Below the pieces are notes generated by a model. The model was not told where the DNA came from. It did not search any database and worked only from the letters and a program-made list of their open reading frames with translations. Both the position numbers and the translations under genes were made by a program. Positions 25,255 to 38,510 of a stretch of DNA of 64,000 nucleotides are shown piece by piece (positions within the stretch are counted from its first letter, which is position 1; each line of letters starts with the position of its first letter). This DNA is from Chiloscyllium plagiosum (Eukaryota): assembly GCF_004010195.1 (NCBI RefSeq), contig NC_057756.1, forward strand, positions 2,016,020 to 2,080,019. The letters run 5' to 3'.

Positions 25255-25635
25255 CCATCTGTACTAAGCGTGAGACAGATCGATCAGGCAGACTGCTAGG
25301 AACCACATCCATAAGCATCAATTAGCTAACAAGCAACAGGACCAACTCTCCCTGCTAGCTATACACACGAACAAGTACCATGAGTTTGACTGGGACAGCA
25401 GAATAAGCGAAGATCAGATAAACAAAGAATAGCAAAGGAACTCTTGGAAGCATAGGACACATCCTCAGACTCCATCAACAACACTTTGATCAGGACCCGA
25501 AATGCACACCGCAATGGAAAACCCGGAACCAACAATAACTAGAAACAGCTCAAACAGAACCACAGAATTTCAAAGTGGAACAGTGCAAAACCGCTTCACG
25601 GGAGACAACAAAACATGGATGATGCTCCCTAGCCA
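25255..25635 (+). mobile_element. Penelope GIY-YIG end plus pLTR fragment
   Basis: IHKHQLANKQQDQLSLLAIHT..HEFDWDS reading, followed by pLTR sequence similar to 20650-20800. Confidence 0.75.
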
Positions 25636-25689
25636 CTGATATTCACAAAACGTTAAAAATGTCTGTTAGCAGGACTCATTCTTGGCCGT

Positions 25690-25880
25690 TTCAGAGGGCA
25701 GTGAAGTGTCAATTGAACTCTTGGCTTTGTGAAGTATCAGATAGACCAGATCACGTAACTGCATGGGGACAAGAAGAAAGACAATTTTAATGAAAATGAA
25801 ATAGTCATTATGAGAGTTTTCAGTTCCATGTTACTGTTGAATTTGTAACCGGCATCGGCCATGATGGTTTCATAATCTGT
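25690..25880 (-). mobile_element. Decayed SINE, same family as 16025-16310
   Basis: ggccgtttcagagggcagt...gtcaa and ttgaatttgtaaccggcatcggccatgatgg motifs. Confidence 0.4.
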
Positions 25881-27638
25881 TACCATAATTTTTGTTTCAG
25901 TTTCAACGAAGAAAGCTATTTTTTGATTCGACCTTTGCCCTCCTTATTGACCGTACTTGCACAGTTGCAATTGTCATAAAGCTACCCAGTCAAAGGGCAA
26001 TTATCATGTCTACACTTATTCTGTCAGTAATTCTTAAAGGAAATGCAGTTTCTGGAAATTATTCTCCTGGCAATTAGAATGTTTAAACAATAGAGTAACT
26101 ATCTAGTATTTGCCTAAATGTCTATAGTTTTGCAGGTTCTGTTGGGAAACAGTGAATGGTTGTAACAATATAGTGCGAAAACAATTACCATGCCATAAAT
26201 TATTTTCCATTTCAAGTTATTATACATATGCAGCTTGCTATTCTTGAACGTAATTATTCTGACAGAAAAAAAAAACAGGGAACGGATGACCATGGCTTAA
26301 GCTCTCTATTCGAGAAATAAAATGTACCTCCTAACTAACCTTAAAGTTAAACTGCAGCTATAGTATTGTTAGGTATCTTTCCTTAATGATACTGTATTTT
26401 ACCGGCACATTGACATTTTTTCCAAAGCATCTATTTCTAGTTTTCCTTTTCGCATATCTACCGCGAAAATTATTCATTGCCTTGGTCTGCATTTCACATG
26501 GAAGCAAATAACAAACGTTAAAAAAATTCTTCGTCTTTGTCTGTTAGAACTGTTGCTGTTATTTTTTTCCAATTTTATGTTATTCATTTACACAACTTTT
26601 GGAATCAACAGCACAGCTAATATTCATTTATTCTCTGCAACTGTTAGTAAAACATGAACTGGACCTGCACATTAGAAATTCTCACACAATATTTAATTAA
26701 CACTTTATGATAAAAAAAAGACATGAATTTGTTTCTTTTAGATGAACTAACGGCTGTATACTTCAGAATTAGTTATGTCTGTATTTTGATTGCACTTTAT
26801 GAAATTAACAAGTTTTGTTTACTTGTTTAATTTTTAAATGTCTTTATTCAACTCAGCAGTCTTTAACCAACATCTAACGCCCCAACTTCTAATATTTTGG
26901 TAATCTGAATGGAATTACAGAGGAGAATTAATGCTATTGTGTCTGTGATTATACACTGTAACCCTGCTGTATAAACTCTGTGCCATGCAGGCCTTTTGAA
27001 CGTAGTGTGGTGCATCCGCAGTCATTTTACTATGTCTCATTTACAAAGGGTGGATAAAATTAATTTCGTAATTGAATTGAATGACTGTGATTCTTGCAGA
27101 CTCATTTGAATTCAAATTAATGTTCAAATGTTATAACGTTTGCACTGAAGTTGCAAGTCTATCAGTTACTCTGTCCATTTTGGTTCAAAGGGAAAAGGGG
27201 CGCTGTGTTTAAATGGAAGTTAATATTTCTACCCCATTGTTGCAGAATCATTGACATTAAATGATACCATGAATAGTACATTGCGACAATTTTGATGATT
27301 ACTAGTAATTGAACAGGTAATTGCTTCTATTACTTTGGTAATTTGGAAATTCTATTTCAATTATGAAATTAATTTGAAGTTGTCATAAGAATTGTTCAGA
27401 TTTTGCCCCATTTGTTGTGTCAATCACAATGTTTTCAGCAAGAATACTTACTTGCAATTGCTTTCTGCGCCTCCATACACCAGATTTTTTTTGTTTTGAT
27501 ATCACATTGATTTAATCAATAAGCTTAAATCCTTACTTTATTCGTCGTGACGTTTGTTAAAACTGAAATGTGAAGCCAATCGTGATCATGATGCTATTAT
27601 ATGATTTCGTGCATATAAGTGACTTATTCGTCTATCAG

Positions 27639-27728
27639 CAAACTGCACCAGGGTTAAGGACATCCTGACTCGTCCATCTTTGTGCCAAAACCTCGAAAAT
27701 CCGAAGCTCAAGTCACCAGCTGCGTTAG
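27639..27728 (+). CDS. Candidate 90-nt symmetric phase-1 exon
   Basis: ttattcgtctatcag| ... TTAG|gtatga; open frame xNCTRVKDILTRPSLCQNLENPKLKSPAAL; no homology recognised. Confidence 0.2.
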
Positions 27729-27839
27729 GTATGAGAGTGGGCAGTGTGCAATATTATACATTAATTCTCGTAATCGTTATTGTCATCCAACATCAAGTAG
27801 TTTTTCATTTTATTCAATGCTTGACCAGCTGGGAATTTC

Positions 27840-28120
27840 AAGACTAGGTAGCAAATTATAAGGTGAGAGAAGAGATATCAGAAGCAATGTTTTATTTTTA
27901 CCCACGAGATTGTTGGAGCGTGGAATGAACTTCCTGAGGAAGTGACTAATGTGTGTACAATGCAACACATAAAATATATATTTAAAATTGGGAATGGTTA
28001 TGTGAAGCGGAAAGGTTTGGATGGATTGTAAGTCAGAAATAGGCAGGTATAACTAGTTTAGTTTCGGACCATGTTCAGACTAGATTGGTTGAACCGAAGG
28101 GTCTGATTTGTGATTTATGC
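27840..28120 (+). mobile_element. CR1 3' fragment, decayed
   Basis: taaggtgagagaagaga...tggaatgaacttcctgaggaagtg...ttgaaccgaagggtctg. Confidence 0.7.
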
Positions 28121-29460
28121 CTCTGTGAGTCGATAACTCTGTGAGACTAATTTTGCCAGCATTGGACGCAAGAAGCTGCACTAATTTCAATAGGTTTTTA
28201 TCTAGCCGTGTTATGTGTTTATAACGCATTGAACATAATAGAGTTCCCACGACTGTCATATAAAAATACACCATGAATAAAGGACGATAGCACTATCTGT
28301 GCATGCTGTTACTTCACTTACCAAATGTGTGTATTGACTAGCTCCCAGAATTAAAACCAAGAGCTGCATTCCGTATGCAACTGAACACCTTGCCAACTTA
28401 TTTCCTCACACGAGTTCTGATGAACAAAGTTCAAACTTACGTGTCAATTCGAGCCAAACTAGAAAGCTTTTGCTTTGATCCTTTGCAGACAGCAGATTGT
28501 TGCTTCAAAAATTGTTAATATTGATCGGAATCATTTGCTCAGAACTATATTTTTGTTTCCATAGTCTATGCTGAGAACTTGTTTCACCTTTGGCAATTGT
28601 TCGGATCTTAGCTGATTACTTTATATTGAATATGTTTGAGTTAATGAATGTGCTTAACAAAGAAAATCTATGGTGATGAAATAAGTAGACTTGCCGTTTA
28701 GAAAGTGTACTGATCATATGAGTGATTTTCTAAAAAGTTATTTTCTTCAGTATCCTTCTTTTATAATGCTACGTGTTCTTTTGCCAGGTGCAATAAATTT
28801 ATTTCACATCAAAGATTAACGTTTTAATGATATTACTGCAGTTCCAACAGATGCTTTGCATATTGTTGTCATGGAAGTGCTAGCCAGATCATTTTCCCTA
28901 CTAATTGCAGAAAAATAACATATTTATTTTCGTCTCCAGTTTCGACATTAACATTTTGTTTTAGATTTTTCAGATTTCTTCACAGTTGCCGTTGATAACA
29001 TGAAGAGACCGAAAATTGTCCAACTGATTGCGTACTGCTACTCCATTCGATGGCAATTTTGCTTTAATTTTGATGAACTGCACCAACGAATTACAGGATG
29101 ACAATTATTCAATTCGTTTTCAAGTGTGAGATTTATTGAAGTTGTAGCTTTGCTTGGAACACATCGGCGATTTGAAAATTTGGTATTTCCAAGCTAACTA
29201 TCTCACTATCTTTGTTTGATAGTGTAAAAAGTGCAATACTTGAGTCTATGAGATTACACAACTCCGTAAATCTCAATTCTTATGTGAAACAGCGAATCAT
29301 GGGAGATTCAAATACTTCTATTTCTAGCCAAGCTGAGCTGCATTGATTATACTTTTAACTCTGTTATATCGTAGATGAAACATTCTGTCACAAAATCTCT
29401 TTCATGTATCACTGGTAAGAAAATATCACATGTCCATTCATTCCTCTGTACTACGATCAT

Positions 29461-29520
29461 AATTGCAATCCGAGGGGAAATCCGAGGGAAAATTGCACAA
29501 TCCGAGGGAAAATCTGAAGG
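29461..29520. repeat. Short imperfect tandem repeat (aatccgagggRa)n
   Basis: aatccgaggggaaatccgagggaaaattgcacaatccgagggaaaatctgaagg. Confidence 0.75.
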
Positions 29521-30976
29521 AAGGTGGAGAAATCATAATTTGCACGCATTTTTTCAATTCCTCAGTCATGTCAAAATATATGCAACATTCCAATGTTTTA
29601 ATGCATTTCTTGAAAATGTTAGAAGAATGGAGACAAAATAAGCATCTCTTTTTTCACTGCAACTTTTCGATTGGCAGCATTTAATCCTAAAACATGGACA
29701 ATGATTCAAGCATGCGAGGGATTCTTTTCACACTGGTGAGTATGCACACTGCATCCCTGGAGGTCTATATTCCTGTCATAGTTTGGGAAGCACAGTAGTC
29801 CACCATTGAGGCAATAGCTTCCTTGTTGCATGAGAAGGAGAAAGTGCACATATCTCACCAGAAAACGTATGTGAACTTTTGGAGGGATTCATGGCATAAG
29901 GATTGATATTGTCCATGAATGTGGAACGAAAATGATGTACGACCTATTGCACAATCTTTGAAATCAACTAAATCCCTTACTCAAGGAAGCTAAATTTTAA
30001 TTTGAGCTTTCGTTTAAAAACGCAATTGGATTGCATTGCTTTATTTATCGCTTCGCAGTTCCTCTGTTGGACATATCCTGATGCTAACAGTGGACAGCGT
30101 CTTTTGGAATCCCAGCTTTATGTTTCCTTTGATATGAATCTAAGAAATGTAATGCTGACTGGACCATGGGCCGTTTTGTCATTAGCGAGGGGTAATAGAG
30201 TGCTTGAGTGTTATCATGCCCTAAAAAATATAGTCTTCAAGATCTTTGCCTGTTCATTCACAGCTGAATAGGGGATTCAATCTGCGTTATTTCCAACACT
30301 CGAAAATATAAACGAACGAGTCAGGCAAATGTTGGAACTGAGCCCTCCCAATCTAAAATTAATTTCACTGCATGACAAGCATTGAACAAGATGGCGGGTT
30401 TCTCTATTGGAAGACCACAATTTGACTAGAGAAGCATTATTTTGTGCTCAAAATTTCCAATGAAACCATTGCTCCAATTATGCAAAAAAACGTGAAATCT
30501 GAAATCTCTCAGGTATCTGCATTTGTAATGTTTAATTAGACTTGAAACAATTTTGGTCATGCATCTTCTAGTAGTGCTCAGAATTATTTTCGAATCTTGA
30601 GATTTTTGCAATTTGTGCCGAACAGACAGCTTGGGAATGTCAATTTAATTACATGTGATTAGTTACTAACCCAGTATAGTCTCTGACTTCAACGGTGAAA
30701 ATTGGTGTGGCAACGTTTTAACAGTTTTATATACAACTGTGACATGAAATCTTGAATCCAAAACATTGATGCACCTATGGATTTCATTGTGAGTATTGGG
30801 AACATTTTTTGATTTCATAATTGTAAAATTTCAACCATTTTTATGTTTATCATATAATTGAAAATGTAAGCAAATAACATAAATTCAATCCATTTTGCTT
30901 GTCCAAATCAGATTTGTACTAAATATGTGAAAGGCTCTAGCCGTATTTATTATTTTATGGCATTGGTGCCTCCCCA

Positions 30977-33900
30977 TGTGACAATGCTATCACTTTCAAA
31001 AGTTATTTTGTGGCTTTGGATTCGGAGTTTCTCTCTCAAAGGCGGTAAATGGTAATTCTTAGAATGTTCTATTTCAGCTTTTGAATTCACTTATTTTAGA
31101 GAGGTTGTCCCTTTTAATATTATTGGCTCATTCAATCACTAAACGTTTTCTGCAATTGGAAGTAGTGACTTCAGAAGTTTCATTAAAAGTGAACAAGCTA
31201 ACATTTTTGGAAGTATTAGATAAGCTGGAGTTGGTCTGTGAGGCAATTTGGGGAATTATTGCATCAATATCTCGACATTTCAAATTCCTGAAAATTCAAC
31301 ACAATCGTTGGAAATAGCAAAAATGCAATTGCAAATGATACATATTGATTTGGATGCAAAAGAGAAAGTAACAAATAGAAAGAGAAAAGGACATGAAACT
31401 GTATGAATTACGAGTAAAAGCAAAAAACAACGGAAATGAGAGGAAAACCGTAGCAGAGGAAAGAGGAAAAAAAAGACTGAATGTAAACTTTCACAAGTTG
31501 CTATTTAGAGTAGAGTATCGATTTAAAGTGAAGATAGATATTAGGCTTAGTGAGGAGGATAGTGACGATGAGGAAAGCCATTGGCTTGGCAAAAGGTCTT
31601 ATAGTGAATTGTTTTATTATGTACAAGCACAATCGAAATTCGGCGAGAAGATGCAGAAGTCTTTTCTTAATTTCAGTTGTGAAAGTGGCTTAACAAAAGA
31701 GGTGGCTGGTGACTAAGTTGGTACTGTTAATCTAAACGAATTTGAGAGATGGATCTCGTGGCGTGTTTGTATCAATAACTGCAGAGTTATATGGGGATCA
31801 TGATGAGGTTAAGAATGCTACCTAATATGCCTAAAAGCCAGTGCCAGAAGCCTAGATAAGTTGCAGGAAAATAAGTCGCAACTCTGGTCAAACCACTTCG
31901 AGTTTTAAAGAATCAGAGAATGGATTGCAGATAGATGGACAAAACCACTGAAAATGCATCCAATATATGACGTACGCAGGACAACTATTATTTTGGAGGA
32001 GGGCAAAAATCACTGCATGACGTAGTGCGAAATCATATGAAAGAGCAGAGAGTTGCAACTGTTAGAAAAACAGCTGAAATGGCTGATAAAGTTGAGTTGT
32101 CTCAAAAATCAAAGTTTGGCTTCTGACATCAATTTCTTTCTAGGTGATAAGAATTGGGAAAAGAAAAATATCCTCAGATCGTAAGGAAAAACATATCTTA
32201 TTGACTATAGTAAAGACAGTATATGACAGGGTGAAAAAGAAACCCATGAAGGGGAAAGCTTAGATGTTCTCACTGCAATAAAGTAGACCATTTCAAGTCA
32301 CGTTATTGGTGGTCAAACAGCACTGGGAAAGTGGATGTTGGAGAAACAACATGAGCTGGAAACGTTTATTGAAGTCGAAGACAAAAGCATTGTTGAAGCA
32401 TACAAAAACAAGCTGCATCAGAACGTATAATTTGACCAGGGGTTGTTTACTCTTCCTAATTGATTTACTTGCAAAGGCAAGATTTACTCACATTTGCCAG
32501 CAGGAGCAGGGAATTAAATTACTAATAGACAGTTTGAAAAGTTGGTGTTATATTGAATTCGTGGTGAAATGAGAAATATTCCATTCTGTAAAGTGAAGTT
32601 GGGGTGCCCAGTAAAAGGTGAAGAAATGTTTGTAGGACTGCAGAAGGTACGTGTGCCTCCAGGAATATAGTTTGTCCTTGGTAATAGCGTAGCTGGAACA
32701 CAGGTAGAATCGCTGCCTTTTGTGGTTGTATGGTTGAGATGTTACGAGAAGGATATTCTGGGATTATTTGATTGTGTGATTGCAATATCACAATTCCACG
32801 AACTGAAACAGGAGGAGAAAGCAAAGAATAAAGACAGGGACTTTAAAATGCATATATTAGATACCTTGTTTGATGAAACAGTTGAGAAAAACAAAAACAG
32901 AACAGGAGATGAATATTTTCAAATTCAGGAAATGAACTGTGTTATAACAGAAGAATGAAAATCTTAAGCAATTACATCCAAAAGCATACACAGAAGAATA
33001 ATCTGAGTGTATCACCGACATTACTGCCATAAAATTGACCTCTTGATGAGGAAACGGAGACTATTACATATACAGGTGAACCTGTATGGGCAGAGTTCAT
33101 CAAGCGGTACCACTTGTACGTTACAGAAAGGAGATTTTCCGTTTTGTGCAAGAATTACGATTACAAGGAAATTTAGGAGAAAGGAGGACTCAAGCCAAAA
33201 CGTAAAACATTTTTCTTACTGGTCATGACTGTAGAAGGAATTAGCAGAAATGTGGCAGTGATTTTTGGGTTTATGCAACAAATGAGGCAGTAAGAAATCC
33301 AGCATCAGTCAGAGCAAGTTCGGCTTTTGAGGAATTTTTACAAGTGTTCGAACTGATTACATCTGCCTAAAACGATTGTAGGCATCAGTATTTGTTAACC
33401 ATAATGGATGTATCCAGTGCATACCTGAAGGAAAGTCCATTACCCAATGTTAAAGCTAAATGGAGTGCAAACCAGTAACTAAAATATCTCGTGAGATAGG
33501 CATTATTTAGAGAGACAGATTCAGATAAATGCCAAAATTTACATTAAAATTAACCAAGTTTGTTATGTATGGCATAAAAATAAAACTATTCAATCCTACT
33601 GTGTGTCAACTAGAAATGCACGGAGCATCCAGTGGAGGCACTGGAACGGGTACAGAGGAGGTTTACCAGGATGTTGCCTGGTATGGAAGGAAGATCGTAT
33701 GAGGAAAGACTGAGACACTTGGGGCTGTTTTCATTAGAGAAAAGAAGGTTTAGGGGTGACTTGACTGAGGTGTACAAGATGATTAGGGGGTTAGATAGGG
33801 CTGACAGTGTGAACCTTTTCCCGCGTATGGAGTCGGGTATGGCACAACATCGAGGGCCAAAGGGCCTGTACTGCGCTGTATTCTTCTATGTTCTATGTTC

Positions 33901-35830
33901 TATAAGGCCAGTGGCATCAGACTTTAAAGAACATATTAAGAACTTATAATCAAGATCCCTAGAAGACTGACATCAATGAATTACAATGTTGCTTTTTGCA
34001 ATTAGGGATGCAACAAATTAATACACTTAATTCCATCCATTTGAACTCATTTGTGGACACGAAATGAAACGATCACTGATATTAATTAAGGAGAAATTGA
34101 TGAACCAGAATTCTGAGACCTCACATTTCGACTATATATCAAATTTTAAGAAAGATTATATTGAACGCGTTATTTGGCTAGACAGGATTTACATGTAGCA
34201 CAGCGCAGATGAACCAGGCAGCAAACAATAAATGAAAAAAAAATAGCAATTTTGCTAGTGGAGATAAAGTGTCATTGTTACATCCAATGAGAGGTAAATC
34301 CTTAAATGCAAGTTTTAGCCGACCTTATTTAATTTGGAGAAGGTTGAGTGATTGGATTATTTGATAAGTATGGCAGATAGAAAGAAATATCACAGAATGT
34401 GTCATGTGGATGTGCACAAAAGCTATTTTTGACTGGGAAGTAAAGCAAAAGGTTACTGGCTACATCACAAAGTGAAGAAACAGGCCCAGTGGATGCTGAA
34501 TTGAACTTTCATCAAATTAAATTGCAACAAGGTGAATTCTCAAAATTGGGAAAAAGTATTCAGTTACTTCCGAGAGGAAAATCTAAATGATCTGAAAGAA
34601 TCATTACTACTGCATTTGAGAGAAATGTGGCAATAAACCAGGAAGTATTTCTCTAGTTACATCTAATATACAACATTTCTAATAAACAACATCATTAATG
34701 ACTTAACCCTCTAAAGTTGGCACAGTTTCAAAAAGAGATTGAATGCATTTTCAAAGACAACAATATCGTAGTGATTTGCAGGGGCTGGAGCTCATCCAAA
34801 TCAATAATGCCTAATCCAGACGGCTCCCAATGATTATGTATGGACCATTTAAAAGTCATAACAATCTGATTTGTGCCACATTCACTTAGGGTAGACTGCC
34901 ATGAGAACATGGAACAAGTATATTACAGATTTCAGTTGGACTCAGTCAGAGACATTGGTAGGTAACTTTATCTGAAACAGTGAAGAAAATTTCAACTCCC
35001 GTGACACCAAATGAACTATATCAACGCAAAGTCATGTTATTTTTTTATGAAAAATGGCCTAGTCACATTTCCATGACAGCCGGTAAAGTTGTTTCTGGAG
35101 TAACCAATTGAATGATTTGCAACGACGATCTGATGGTTTTTAGTTACACGTGGATGGAATATTTGCAGCATATGTTGGAATTTTTCGATCGATTTCGGGA
35201 GGCAGCCATGGTGATCAACGTGGTTAACTTTGAGTTTGCACCAGCCCTAGTCACATTCCTGAGCCATGTTATTGTACAAAGGCGCATAGCCCCACGGGAT
35301 GTGAAAGCCACCATTATTAGATAGATTTCTCTGCAATGACCAGACAGGGCAGTTCTAAGATTCCAGGGGCTGATTGCGTTTTATCAGACGTTCGTACCGA
35401 ATTTTAAAAGGTTGGTCGCTTCAATAATTTAATTTCTAAAGAAGTTTGGAAAATTCCAGTGGACGGTGAACTGTCAGAAAACATTTAAGAGCCTGAAAAG
35501 TATCTTGACTACTGTCCCAGTGCGAGTCAAAACAATTATGTAAAGCTATTCTAGGTTTATATCAATGAACTGTTGTGAGTGTCAGTATGTTACTCTTCCA
35601 ATAACACGGCGAGAAGATAGCAATACATATTGGGCATTTTTTCCAGAGAATCGAATGATAATCAACAGAAATATTTCACGTGTGAGAAGGGAATTATTAG
35701 CTTATTTTGGCATTACAACGGAGCAACATGCATATTTTCTGTAATGAGTGACATCATCTTATATACTGATCCAAATACAATAAGGCTTTTGAAGAGATTT
35801 AAGGACAAAAAAAACAGATTGTTTTAATAC
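30977..35830 (+). mobile_element. Gmr1-like Gypsy element, decayed: LTR stub, gag, PR, INT, RT, RNase H
   Basis: SCAN-like gag DRWTKPL..IILEE..VRNHMKEQRVATVRKTAEMAD (about 31930-32090); knuckle CSHCNKVDH (about 32265); INT QYLLTIMDVS..PE (about 33385) and PFELICGHE (about 34035); RT PNPDGSQ*LCMD (about 34810) and CNDDLMVFSYTWMEYLQH (ORF 35112); RNase H ILYTDPN (ORF 35630). Confidence 0.85.
33632..33903 (+). mobile_element. CR1 3' fragment inserted in the Gypsy integrase
   Basis: EALERVQRRFTRMLPGMEGRSYEERLRHLGLFSLEKRRFRGDLTEVYK plus (gttctat)n tail; ccagtgg at 33629-33635 and 33908-33914. Confidence 0.9.
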
Positions 35831-38289
35831 GTATTTTTTTCCGGTATTTAAGTTATTTTATATTCTTTGTTTCTTTGTATTTGACCTACGGTTTTTAAAT
35901 AAATTGTGTTTTGCTTAATGTCGTGAATTCTGAATATTGGCAGCGCATTAGAACACAATCTTTGCATTTACCTTCCAAATAAGAAAAAAACTTCCAGACT
36001 AGGCTGCATTTAAAAAATATTTTGAGAAGGCCTGGTTTGATCCACAACACTGAATGTTTTCTAAACCTTAACCTTACAATGCACACTTAATTTTCAACTG
36101 TTTCAGTTGTTGCTTTTTTAAATTTAAACACAAGCAACTGTCACGTAATATAAAGCAAACTATCGGCTTTACTGAAACGAGTCGACCTTTTTTATTTTTC
36201 TCTTCGATACAGGGATGCCAGCTGTGGAATCAATGTAGACTTCAGTCATTCCAGCAAGATCTTCGTTCCTCATAAAAGCAAATTGAAATGTAAATTTATA
36301 ACGTTAACAACAGCTGTCAAGCTGGAAGGAAAAACACGCTAACAATCACGCAAACATGAATAATTACCAAATTTAAATAAGAAATTGAAAAAAAACATAG
36401 GATAAATTAGACTTTGAAACAGACATTACCTAACGTTTTTTCCAGCAACAATTTATCTGTAAATGATCATGAATATCAATTTAAGTATGGAACGTTCCGT
36501 GGCAATTAACAAAAGATAAAGCTTGTTCTGAGCATAATTTCTAAGGTTACTAGTACTTATCCAATCATTGACATGGCATCAATGTGAGGAGTATAGTTTA
36601 GCAATATCGAATTTTGGACTCAAAATTCAAATAAGAACTCAGCTGGGCTGACAGCATCTGTGAAGAGAGAGATTGAATTAATATTTCGAGTTGGGTACGA
36701 GTTCCTCACAGCTAAGGAATCAATGTGTGTTTCAAACTGTGAGCAGTTCACTGATGAAGATATAATAATTGATAGACTCAAATAACGTCCCTGAACTTCT
36801 TCATCCATATCTCTGGAAAAAGGCAATCTCAGAATTGTGGTTACATCACAAACATAAGATTATTTCGGTGGTTTATAACTTTTTTGCCAAAGATTCGCGT
36901 TTTCGTTTCCTTATGTAAATTCGCTCTCAATATGTTTTGGAGGGTGAAGCAAATCAAGCCAAACATAACTCCACCACCTATGCAGATGCAACCGGACAAC
37001 AAGTTTTAAGGAATTACAGATGGGTCGCATTCTGTTTCACCTTATTGTAAATATGTCTTCACTACACTGAATGCCACCACAAACTATAAGACAAAAAAGA
37101 AATAGAGTTGCTGAAAATCTCAGACGAAGATGTCCATTTCAAGAAACTGAACATGCCTGGCAGAAACTTTGGAGACAAAAAGAGAGCTAGTTTTTCGATT
37201 CCAGAAATCTTCTTGGATGCGATTGTTTCTCTACAAATGCTGCTAGACATGCTGGTTTCCTCCAGCTCTTGCCGGTTTTATTTGGTTTAGACAACCTTAC
37301 ACCAACAGTCTCTGCTATTATGCCAGAATCCGTTGTTGCCACACCTGAATGCATCAGGTAGACGTGCGGAAATTTACCGAACTCACTCGTGCTGAGGTCT
37401 TAGTATTCAAACAGCCTCGATCACTGAATCACTATGTTGATACACAGCATTACTTCATGCAAGGCAGTTCTGTCGTCCTGCACTATTGCGAGCATGGTTC
37501 ACAATTCATTCTAGTTTAGGTCAAAATACTCTTCTGAATTCGAGTGTCCACACTGAAATTTGCAACTATATTATTTGTAACGTAAAATAATTAACAACAT
37601 GCACAGGAATACATCTCACACTGCAATTATACGTTAGCAAGGCACATCACTAAAGTGATTTCAAGTGACTGAAGGCAACCATTTTCACAGAAAAAGAAAT
37701 CTGTCTGACATAAAGTGAAAGTACAAAACATCTCAAATCAAATTTCTTAAGTGTTCCAAATATGAAGTAACTAATAACTGACCATGGAATATTTATCTCA
37801 GCATGCACAGTCTTATGATAAGAACGAAGTGATTTTGTATCCAGAGATGTGACTGCATAGCTGATTGAGAATGTTGACAACAATTATATCCACTTCGAAA
37901 TTTCCATTAGAAAGAAACATTCAAAATGCAGTATTTCTTGAACACTGCAGATGAGAAATCGTGAAAATCAACTCTGAACTGATGGAATTGGAGAATTTTC
38001 TGAGGTGTTTATGACATTAATCAATTTCAATATTTGAGGTGAACACGTCCTTTCAGGAAAAGCATGCAGCCCATAAAGCAGACAGCTAAATACATTCATT
38101 CTCCCTTTTGACACCCACCCTCTAAAGCTATACTTACAATGCCTTGATTTGTATGACACCTGCCAGAAACCATGAAGATATACTGACGTAGGCACCTGTT
38201 TGCAAGATAAATCAGTTTGATAAAGGACAGGTCTTTGCACCATGTAAGGACGCAATTCACATAGCACAATTGAATGACACAATAAGTTA

Positions 38290-38510
38290 GTATCATAAAA
38301 TCCTTATGCACTGGATGCAGGGCGGTTGGCCCATTGCGTCCACAACAACTTTCTGAAGAGCGTCCCACCTGGAGTCAATTAACTTGCATGTGCCTGGACA
38401 CTATGGGGACTTCAGAATGTCTCATTAAACTAACTTTCAGATCTTTGGATTTTGGGGATACGGGAGCACCCGGGGGAATCACAGCCAGAAGTGCTAAACA
38501 CTGTTACAGT
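38290..38510 (-). mobile_element. Decayed V-SINE
   Basis: taactttcagatctttggattttgggga..cgggagcacccgggggaatcac is the reverse complement of the V-domain; head remnant gtgctaaacactg. Confidence 0.6.

Noticed and set aside
28999..29100. MKRPKIVQLIAYCYSI resembling first exons of shark GPR139-like receptors
   Set aside because: No donor at the expected place and no 7TM-coding exon anywhere in the window.
36213..36340. Strong acceptor plus short open frame (DASCGINVDFS...VPH)
   Set aside because: Resembles a decayed CR1 RT motif (YMDFSKAFDKVPH).
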